Positions 56,679 through 64,000 of a stretch of DNA of 64,000 nt are shown one piece after another. Source of the stretch: an uncultured delta proteobacterium (GTDB lineage: Bacteria; Myxococcota; Myxococcia; Myxococcales; Myxococcaceae); the NCBI GenBank assembly GCA_963776345.1, contig CAVZMH010000016.1:192001-256000 (forward strand). The letters run 5' to 3'. Made by a program: the position numbers and the translations under genes. How positions within the stretch are numbered: the first letter of the stretch is position 1; every line of letters begins with the position of its first letter. The notes under the pieces were generated by a model. The model had not been told where the DNA came from, did not search any database, and saw only the letters and a program-made list of their open reading frames with translations.

Positions 56679-58370
56679 ATGAAAGTCGTCATCGTTGGCG
56701 GAGTGGCCGGCGGAGCCTCCTGTGCAGCGCGCCTGCGCAGGCTGGACGAGAAGGCCGAGATCCTCATGGTGGAGCGCGGACCGTACGTCTCGTACGCGAA
56801 CTGCGGGTTGCCCTACCACCTGTCGGGCGTGATCCCGAAGGAATCGAGCCTCCTGGTGGGATCGGAGCAGATGTTCCGCGGAACGTTCGGGATCGAGGTG
56901 CGAACGAACTGCGAGGCCATCGCCATCGCGCCGAAGAAGAAGACCCTGGACCTGCGCGATGTCGCGACGGGCAAGGTGACCACCGAGCGCTACGACAAGC
57001 TGGTGCTCTCGCCGGGCGCGGCGTCGATCCGCCCGCCCCTGCCTGGCATCGATCTGCCCGGGATCTTCCAGGTGCGGACCGTTCCCGACACGCGCTCGAT
57101 CCTCGAGTGGATCGAGCGGGGCACGAGCTTCCTGACGGGGATGTACAGCTACTCCGGCATCCAGTTCGTGAAGCCGACCCGGCGGGCGGTGGTGATCGGC
57201 GGCGGCTTCATCGGTCTGGAGACCGCGGAGAACCTGGCCCATGTCGGGTTCGAGGTGACGCTGGTCGAGATGCTCGACCAGGTCCTGGCTCCCCTCGACC
57301 GCGAGCTCGCGCACCTCGTCGAGGAGCACCTGAAGCGGCATGGCATCAAGCTGGCGCTCGCCGACGGGGTGAGCGGCTTCGCGCAGCTCGACGAGGGTGC
57401 CCTCGAGGTGAAGACGAAGTCCGGGAAGACGTACCCGGCGGACATCGTGATCCTCTCCCTCGGCGTCCGGCCTGACACCGCCCTGGCCAGGACGGCCGGG
57501 CTGGAGATCGGCGAGCGCGGCGGCATCCGCGTCGACGACCACCTGCGCACCAGCGACCCGGACATCTTCGCCGTCGGGGACGCCATCGAGGTCAAGGACT
57601 TCGTGACCGGTCAGGGGAGCCTGGTGGCGCTAGCCGGGCCCGCGAACAGGCAGGGCCGGATCGCAGCCGACGTGATCGCCGGGCGCGATTCCCGCTTCCG
57701 GGGCACCCAGGGCACCTCGATCATCGGCCTGTTCGGAGGCGCCGCCGCCTGGACCGGGGTCAGCGAGAAGACGCTCCAGAAGCTCGGGGACGAGGATTTC
57801 GAGAAGGTCTACCTCTTCCCGAACTCGCACGCCGGCTACTACCCGGGCGCCAAGATGCTCGCGTTGAAGGTTCTCTTCCGCAAGTCCAACGGACGTCTCC
57901 TGGGAGCACAGGCGCTCGGCGAGGACGGACCGGCGGTGGACAAGCGGATCAGCGCCCTTGCCCTGGCCCTTCAGATGGGCGCGACGGTTTACGACCTCGA
58001 GGAGGCAGAGCTCTGCTACGCGCCCCAGTTCGGCAGCGCGAAGGACCCGGTCAACTTCGCCGGAATGGTCGCCGCCGACGTCCTCCGCGGGGACATGCCG
58101 CTCGCCCACTGGCCCCTCACCAGCGGCGCGTTCCTCCTCGACGTGCGCCAGCCCGTCGAGCTGGCAGTGGAGAGCGTTCCGGGCGCGGTCAACATTCCGA
58201 TGGAGCAGCTCCGTTCGCGTCTCGGCGAGCTGCCCCGTGACCGCGAGATCATGGTCCTCTGCCGTTCCGCCCAGCGCGCCTACTACGCGACACGGATCCT
58301 GGTGCAGAACGGGTTCAAGGCCCGGAACGTCTCCGGCGGGATGCTGTCGCGCGCGCTTTCCGAGGGATGA
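56679..58370 (+). CDS. CoA-disulfide reductase - rhodanese fusion (persulfide reductase-like)
   Basis: GGVAGGAS, SYANCGLPY, GGGFIGLE, YAPQF, LDVR and rhodanese loop CRSAQRA. Confidence 0.9.
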   Translation: MKVVIVGGVAGGASCAARLRRLDEKAEILMVERGPYVSYANCGLPYHLSGVIPKESSLLVGSEQMFRGTFGIEVRTNCEAIAIAPKKKTLDLRDVATGKVTTERYDKLVLSPGAASIRPPLPGIDLPGIFQVRTVPDTRSILEWIERGTSFLTGMYSYSGIQFVKPTRRAVVIGGGFIGLETAENLAHVGFEVTLVEMLDQVLAPLDRELAHLVEEHLKRHGIKLALADGVSGFAQLDEGALEVKTKSGKTYPADIVILSLGVRPDTALARTAGLEIGERGGIRVDDHLRTSDPDIFAVGDAIEVKDFVTGQGSLVALAGPANRQGRIAADVIAGRDSRFRGTQGTSIIGLFGGAAAWTGVSEKTLQKLGDEDFEKVYLFPNSHAGYYPGAKMLALKVLFRKSNGRLLGAQALGEDGPAVDKRISALALALQMGATVYDLEEAELCYAPQFGSAKDPVNFAGMVAADVLRGDMPLAHWPLTSGAFLLDVRQPVELAVESVPGAVNIPMEQLRSRLGELPRDREIMVLCRSAQRAYYATRILVQNGFKARNVSGGMLSRALSEG

Positions 58371-58433
58371 ACACGATCGAGAGCGGTCCCTCCCGCACGC
58401 AGGGACGGCTGCTCCGGGGAAAGGCCGTGGACC

Positions 58434-58958
58434 ATGGAAGCTTCCGAGATCAAGAAAGGGACTCTCAAACAAAAGCTCTTTCACGAGCTGGGTGAGTACG
58501 GCATCAACATCATCTATCTGACCCTGGTGTTCGCCGCGTTCACCGAGTACCGAAGGCTCCTCCTCGCCGCGCACGACATCACCTACGAAAACTACTGGGT
58601 GGCGCTGATCGAGGCGGTGGTCCTGGGCAAGGTCATCATGATCGGCAGCGTCGCCCGCCTCGGTCGTGGCCTCGAATCGAAGCCCTTGATCTTCCCGACC
58701 CTCTACAAGACGGTCGTCTTCATTCTCTTCGTGGCGCTGTTCAAGCTCCTCGAGCACGGGCTCAAGGGACTGTGGAAAGGACAGGGGTTCATGGGAGGAC
58801 TCGTCGAGCTGTTCGCGAAGGGATCCCATGAATTGCTCGCCAACAGCCTGGTGGTGTTCGTGGCCCTGGTCCCGTTCTTTGCCGTGAAGGAGCTGGGGCG
58901 AGTGCTGGGAGAGCAGAAGATAAGAGATCTGTTCTTCCGGAGGACCGCCGAGCCGTGA
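58434..58958 (+). CDS. Hypothetical four-TM membrane protein
   Basis: Four hydrophobic segments; stop overlaps the SulP start (GTGA). Confidence 0.75.
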   Translation: MEASEIKKGTLKQKLFHELGEYGINIIYLTLVFAAFTEYRRLLLAAHDITYENYWVALIEAVVLGKVIMIGSVARLGRGLESKPLIFPTLYKTVVFILFVALFKLLEHGLKGLWKGQGFMGGLVELFAKGSHELLANSLVVFVALVPFFAVKELGRVLGEQKIRDLFFRRTAEP

Positions 58959-60793
58959 GTCAGGCGAGCGGGGTCGGTGCGCCGACGACTGGAGGGCGCG
59001 ACGGGAGCAACCTCCTGCGTCGGTACTTCCCGATCCTCACCTGGGGCGCCCAGTACTCCTGGCGCACGTTCTCCGACGACCTGCTCGTGGCGGCGATCGT
59101 CACCGTCATGCTGATCCCGCAGTCTCTGGCCTATGCGCTGCTGGCGGGGCTGCCGCCACAGGTCGGGCTCTATGCCTCGATCGCCCCGCTGGTGCTCTAC
59201 GCGATCTTCGGCACCTCACGCGCCCTGGCGGTCGGTCCGGTCGCGGTGGCCAGCCTCATGACCGCGACCGCGGCAGGGGCGGTCGCCGCGCAGGGGACCC
59301 CGGAGTACCTCGGGGCTGCCATCGGGCTCGCCCTGATCTCGGGGCTGCTGCTCGTCGCCATGGGCCTGATGCGGCTGGGCTTCCTCTCGAACTTCCTCAG
59401 CCACCCGGTCATCTCGGGCTTCATCAGCGCCTCGGCGATCCAGATCACCGCGGGCCAGCTCGCGCCCCTGCTCGGCGTCCGTGCAGAGGGCGAAAACCTG
59501 GTGGACCTGCTGAAGTCCATGTGGCCGAGCCTCCGTCACGTCAATCCCCACACCGCGGCGATCGGCGGCGCGTCGCTGCTCTTTCTCTTCTGGGTGCGTG
59601 GCGGCCTCGCGCCCTTGCTGCGCCGCTTCGGCCTCGGGGCCCGGACCGCGGACATGCTGGCGAAGCTGGGGCCCGTGGTGGCCATCGCCATGACCACCCT
59701 GGCCGCCTGGGGCTTCGGGCTCGCCGAGCGCGGTGTCAGGATCGTCGGCACCGTCCCGGCAGGTCTGCCCCGCCTCGCCCTACCGCCGCTGGACCGGGGG
59801 CTGTGGACCGGTCTTCTCGTCCCCGCGCTGCTGATCTCCATCGTGGGCTACGTGGAGTCGATCTCCGTCGCCTTGACGCTCGCGGCCAAGCGCCGCCAGC
59901 GGGTGGATCCCGACCAGGAGCTGATCGCGCTCGGCGCCTCGAACCTCGGCGCTGCTCTCTCGGGCGGATTTCCGGTCACTGGCGGCTTCGCACGTTCGGT
60001 CGTGAACTTCGATGCCGGCGCCAAGACCCCGGCAGCGGGCGCCCTCACCGCCGTCGGCATCGCGCTCGCGACGCTATTCCTCACCCCGCTGCTGTACTTC
60101 CTTCCCAATGCGACTCTCGCCGCCACGATCATCGTCGCGGTCCTGTCGCTGGTGGACGTCGGCGCCCTCAGGCGCACCTATGCCTATTCCAGGGCCGACG
60201 CCGCGGCGATGGCCTCGACCATCGTCCTCACCCTGGTGGAGGGCGTGGAGGCCGGGCTCGTCGCGGGGGTGAGTCTCTCGATCTTTCTCCACCTCTATCG
60301 AACGTCGAGGCCCCATGTGGCGGTCGTCGGCCAGCTCCCGGGAACGGAACACTTTCTCAACGAGGAGCGCCATGCGGTGGTGACCGATCCGGAGATCGTG
60401 TCGCTCCGGGTGGACGCGAGCCTCTACTTCCCCAACGCCCGGTTCCTCGAGGAGCAGATCAACGAGGCGGTTGCCGCCCACCCGGCGGTCCGCCACGTCA
60501 TCCTGGTGTGTTCGGCGGTGAACGCCATCGACGCCTCTGCCCTCGAGAGCCTCGAGGCGATCAACCACCGCCTGGCAGACGGTGGGATCGCCTTTCACCT
60601 CTCCGAGGTGAAGGGCCCGGTCATGGACGGCCTGAAGCGGTCGCATCTCCTCGGGCAGCTGACCGGCGGCGTGCACCTGACCCAGTACCAGGCCGTCGCC
60701 AGCATCAACCCCGAGCTGGCGCGGCGCGCGCTCGACGCCCCGGGACCGGCGGTGCTCCCCGGCACCCCGGAAATTGGACCAGTGAACGTCTGA
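58955..60793 (+). CDS. SulP/SLC26 anion permease with STAS domain
   Basis: LIPQSLAYALLAGLPP..GLY, DQELIALG, GGFARS, STAS LYFPNA..IDASA..VKGPV. Confidence 0.93.
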   Translation: MSQASGVGAPTTGGRDGSNLLRRYFPILTWGAQYSWRTFSDDLLVAAIVTVMLIPQSLAYALLAGLPPQVGLYASIAPLVLYAIFGTSRALAVGPVAVASLMTATAAGAVAAQGTPEYLGAAIGLALISGLLLVAMGLMRLGFLSNFLSHPVISGFISASAIQITAGQLAPLLGVRAEGENLVDLLKSMWPSLRHVNPHTAAIGGASLLFLFWVRGGLAPLLRRFGLGARTADMLAKLGPVVAIAMTTLAAWGFGLAERGVRIVGTVPAGLPRLALPPLDRGLWTGLLVPALLISIVGYVESISVALTLAAKRRQRVDPDQELIALGASNLGAALSGGFPVTGGFARSVVNFDAGAKTPAAGALTAVGIALATLFLTPLLYFLPNATLAATIIVAVLSLVDVGALRRTYAYSRADAAAMASTIVLTLVEGVEAGLVAGVSLSIFLHLYRTSRPHVAVVGQLPGTEHFLNEERHAVVTDPEIVSLRVDASLYFPNARFLEEQINEAVAAHPAVRHVILVCSAVNAIDASALESLEAINHRLADGGIAFHLSEVKGPVMDGLKRSHLLGQLTGGVHLTQYQAVASINPELARRALDAPGPAVLPGTPEIGPVNV

Positions 60794-60913
60794 CGCCGCC
60801 CCGAAGGTCTGGACGGCTCCAGGAGGCTTGCTGCAGCCCCGCGAGGCTGTGCTGGAGACGAAGGATCTCTGGCGGCACGACTGACCGCGCCCCAGGCGGT
60901 ACAGTCCGGAGCC

Positions 60914-61405
60914 ATGGAGGAGCCGCGAGCGGCACCCGGCGTGGGTGCGCACGAGAGCAGCGAGTTCGCCCGCGAGTGGAGCGAGATCCTCAACGAGATC
61001 CGAGTCGCCCTGCCGGGGGTCCAGTTGCTCTTCGGCTTCCTGCTGGCCGCGCCATTCACCGACGCCTTCCGCGAGATGAGCGACGTCATCCGGTACGGCT
61101 ACTTCACCTGCTTCCTGACGACGACTGCCTCCTGCGCCTTCCTCATCGCGCCGTCGGTGTACCACCGCCTTCACTGGCGGCGTGACGTCCGGGACAAGGA
61201 GCAGATGCTACGCACGTGCAACCGGCTGGCCATCGTGGGCGTGGTGCTGCTGGCGGGCGCCATGATCAGCGCGGTCTACGTGATCAGCCTGGCGATCGCC
61301 GGGCACACCCCGGCCGTGCTGGTCAGCGTCGCCTCCGGCCTGCTGTTCACGGCGCTGTGGTTCGTGCTGCCGGTGCTGCGGCGCGGCGCCGAGCGCCAGC
61401 GCTAG
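60914..61405 (+). CDS. DUF6328-like membrane protein
   Basis: EILNEIRVALPGVQLLFGFLL..F, LIAP..YHR, LWFVLP. Confidence 0.8.
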   Translation: MEEPRAAPGVGAHESSEFAREWSEILNEIRVALPGVQLLFGFLLAAPFTDAFREMSDVIRYGYFTCFLTTTASCAFLIAPSVYHRLHWRRDVRDKEQMLRTCNRLAIVGVVLLAGAMISAVYVISLAIAGHTPAVLVSVASGLLFTALWFVLPVLRRGAERQR

Positions 61406-61426
61406 CGCCGCACCCACGACCCTGCG

Positions 61427-63043
61427 TCAGCGAGGCGACTCCTTCGCCCGTGCGGCGAGGATGGCATCGGCGGCACGGACCCCCCAGGCCTGCGCCTCCT
61501 CGAACAGCGCCATCCCTGACAGGTCGGTGTGAGCGAAGTGCAGCCGTCCGAGCGGCGCCCGGGCGGCCTCGAGCGTCCCGCTCCGGAGGAGGCCCGGCAC
61601 TGGCCGGACCATGGCGTGCCCCCAGCGCCAGACGTCGAGCCGCTCGACCAGCGACTCGAGGTCCGGGTGCGCACGGCGCAGATCCGCCAGCACCACCTCC
61701 GCCCAGTGCCTCCAGTCGGCGGAGAGGAGGAGCTCGCGCGCCGCTCTCGGCTCGGCGTCGGTCAGCGGCAGGTACCAGGTCCAGACCGTGCGGCCGTGAT
61801 CGCGCCCGCTCTGGTGCGTGGCCACCACGTAGCCCAGGCTTCGCGAGTCGTGGAGGACGTTGTCCCAGGCCAGGGGGAAGCCCCGCTCCGCCGGCCGGGC
61901 GCGCAACGTGAGATTGGCCACCACCCACGGGCTGTAGCCGAAGGCGGCCAGGTGCGGAGGAGGACGCTCGCGGTACGGCGCCACCAGCCGGCCGGCCAGG
62001 AGCTGCGGCAGCGCGAAGACGGCGTGGCCGGCGTCGATGACGAAGGCCTCCTCTCGCGCCGTGTCCCATGCGTGCACCTCGACCCCGCTCGGCCCGGGCA
62101 CGACGTCGGTGACCATGACCCCGGTGCGGACCCGCTGGCCCGCGCTCTTCTCGAGGTGGGCGACCAGGGCCCCGTTCCCCGCCGGCCAGGTGACCAGCTC
62201 GGCAGCGTGCGCTCCGGGCCTCTCCACGCGCGAGGCGAAGTAGAAGGCCCCGGCCCACGCGGAGATGGTCTCCAGCCGGCAGCCGTAGTCGTCGCGGCAG
62301 GCGTACTCCACGTACCAGCGGAGCCGGGGGCTGGTGAGCCCGCGCCGGTCGAGGAGCTCGGCCATGGACATCCGGTCGAGCGCATCGACCTCGGGCAGCC
62401 GGCCGCAGGCCGCGGTGGGGAGGACGAAGGCGCGGCGTCCCTCGGCGTCGCGCATGCCGACGAACCGGTCCATCTCCGCCTCGAAGGCCCGGAGCTGGCG
62501 CAGGTCCTCGGGGCTGGCGGCGTACCGCGGGTACAGGCCCTCGGACCAGGCGCCGCCGAAGAAGAGCCTCTCTTGTGGAGCCCGGCAGAGGAACTGCTCG
62601 CCCACCACCGGGCGCCCCTCGGCGTCCAGGCCCTCGACGATCTGCATCTCCCGGAGCAGCGCGGCGAGGTCGCTGCCCGCGTCGAGCGGCGCCGCCACGT
62701 AGTGCGCACCCCAGGGGAACGCGCTGACCGCATTCTCGCCGCTCCGGCTCGTTCCCCCCGCCCGGTCCTCGAGCTCCAGCACGGTGAAGTCGCGGAATCC
62801 CTTCCGTTCCAGCCGCCACGCCGCCGACAGCCCCGCCACCCCGGCGCCGAGGATGGCCACCCCCACCTTCTCGCGGCGGGACGGCGGCGGCCGGAACCCG
62901 TCCCGGAGCCGGTGCCCACCTCCGGCGCTCTGACCGAGCAGCTCGCCCTCGAAGCGGATGGCGGGGGCACGCCGGCACGCGGCCGCCGCGACGCCGGCGC
63001 CGAGACAGGCGCTGAAGAGCTCGCGGCGGGAGATCCGGTTCAT
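61427..63043 (-). CDS. FAD-dependent amine oxidase-like oxidoreductase with RR leader
   Basis: SRRELF leader, GAGVAGLSAA, PWGAHY, CRDDYG, RWGHAM, FAHTDLSG..LFEEA. Confidence 0.85.
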   Translation of the reverse strand: MNRISRRELFSACLGAGVAAAACRRAPAIRFEGELLGQSAGGGHRLRDGFRPPPSRREKVGVAILGAGVAGLSAAWRLERKGFRDFTVLELEDRAGGTSRSGENAVSAFPWGAHYVAAPLDAGSDLAALLREMQIVEGLDAEGRPVVGEQFLCRAPQERLFFGGAWSEGLYPRYAASPEDLRQLRAFEAEMDRFVGMRDAEGRRAFVLPTAACGRLPEVDALDRMSMAELLDRRGLTSPRLRWYVEYACRDDYGCRLETISAWAGAFYFASRVERPGAHAAELVTWPAGNGALVAHLEKSAGQRVRTGVMVTDVVPGPSGVEVHAWDTAREEAFVIDAGHAVFALPQLLAGRLVAPYRERPPPHLAAFGYSPWVVANLTLRARPAERGFPLAWDNVLHDSRSLGYVVATHQSGRDHGRTVWTWYLPLTDAEPRAARELLLSADWRHWAEVVLADLRRAHPDLESLVERLDVWRWGHAMVRPVPGLLRSGTLEAARAPLGRLHFAHTDLSGMALFEEAQAWGVRAADAILAARAKESPR

Positions 63044-63053
63044 CGCTCCCCGG

Positions 63054-64000
63054 TCAGTTCCAGCGCTTCCACTCCCGCTCGTACTCCTGGACGAGAATCT
63101 GGTTGTCCAGCCGGTTCACCTCGGCCGGCACCCGGGCCATGTCCGCGGGGAAGACGAACATCGCCGCCATCGACGCGTCGTCGAGGAAATGGGCCTCCAC
63201 CGGGGGCAGCTTCGCGGGGACCTCGAAGGGCGCGTCGCGGGCGAGGAGGAAGCCCCACTCGCCGAAGCTGGGGACCGCGGCGTGGTACCCGCGCACCGCG
63301 AAGCCGGCCGCCTCCAGGGTCTGCGCCACACACCAGTACGAGCTCCGCGCCATCAGCGGGCTCGTGCCCTGCACCGCCACCGGAGCGCCGGGGCGGAGCG
63401 CGCGCCGGAGCAGCCGGTAGAAGTGCGTGGTGTAGAGCTTCCCCAGCGCGAAGTTGTTCGGGTCGGGGAAGTCGACGATGGCGGCGTCGAAGCGCCCGTG
63501 GTCGCGCGCGAGCCAGAGGTAGGCGTCCTCGTTGGTGACTCGGACCCGCGGGGAGAAGAGGCTGTCCCGGTTCAGCTCCCGCAGCAGGGGGAAGCTCCGG
63601 GCGAGCCCGGTCATCGCCGGGTCGAGGTCCACCAGCTGGATCTCCTCCACGCCCGGGTACTTGAGCAGCTCGCGGACCGCGAGGCCGTCGCCGCCGCCGA
63701 GCACCAGCACTCGCCGGGCCCCGGGCGCGAGGCTCATCGCCGGGTGGACCAGCGCCTCGTGGTAGCGCGCCTCGTCGGCGCTCGCGAACTGGAGGTTTCC
63801 GTTGAGGAAGAGCTGGAAGCCGGCGCGGCCGCGGGTGACGACGATGCGCTGGTACGGCGAGCTCCGGGCGAAGATCACCTCGTCGGCGTACATGCCCTCC
63901 TCGGCCAGCGCGGTCAGCCGGTCCGCTCCCGCCACCCCCGCCACCAGGAGCGCGAGGACGGCCAGCGCCTTGATCTGGAGATCCCTCCTGCGGGGGATGA
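63054..64000 (-). CDS. speE: Membrane-associated polyamine aminopropyltransferase (3' part; 5' end beyond window)
   Basis: SPYQRI, LFLNGNLQF, YHEALVHP, LGGGDGLA, DFPDP, VPSFGEWGF. Confidence 0.9.
   Translation of the reverse strand, partial: IPRRRDLQIKALAVLALLVAGVAGADRLTALAEEGMYADEVIFARSSPYQRIVVTRGRAGFQLFLNGNLQFASADEARYHEALVHPAMSLAPGARRVLVLGGGDGLAVRELLKYPGVEEIQLVDLDPAMTGLARSFPLLRELNRDSLFSPRVRVTNEDAYLWLARDHGRFDAAIVDFPDPNNFALGKLYTTHFYRLLRRALRPGAPVAVQGTSPLMARSSYWCVAQTLEAAGFAVRGYHAAVPSFGEWGFLLARDAPFEVPAKLPPVEAHFLDDASMAAMFVFPADMARVPAEVNRLDNQILVQEYEREWKRWN

Overview
High-GC (visually ~70%+) bacterial DNA with the gene content and style of a Myxococcota/Anaeromyxobacter-like genome (inference). About 55 genes; no rRNA, tRNA, CRISPR array, transposase or integrase was recognised. 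Left to right: kdpFAB K+ ATPase operon with an upstream beta-barrel porin and an extra 33-aa membrane ORF; a divergent citrate synthase / HTH-citrate-synthase pair; an SDR-ACAD-APH kinase cluster; a hemerythrin / PNPOx / PNPOx-GAF-wHTH regulator cluster; cusCBA copper efflux with a Cys-rich leader ORF; a 50-aa exported peptide coupled to a ferritin-like diiron protein; a 122-bp inverted-repeat-bounded structured element; assorted enzymes; a ~28.6-60.8 kb envelope/stress island (many beta-barrels and lipoproteins, MscS, AqpZ, GH63-like glucosidase, PPK2, HdeA-like protein, HAE1 RND pump, FixL/FixJ-like two-component system, DszB-like protein, CoADR-rhodanese, SulP); and an amine oxidase-speE operon at the right edge. 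Strongest unexplained signals: (1) an exact 17-bp motif GGACCTTGGTCTCATTG four times in promoter positions of the island, plus degenerate copies, which suggests an undescribed regulon of the resident two-component system; (2) the peptide + ferritin-like enzyme pair, a RiPP-like candidate next to copper efflux; (3) a DszB-like desulfinase / persulfide-reductase sulfur module. At least ten genes carry apparent single-base frameshifts, most likely long-read assembly errors. All product calls come from motif recognition by eye; no database searches were run.
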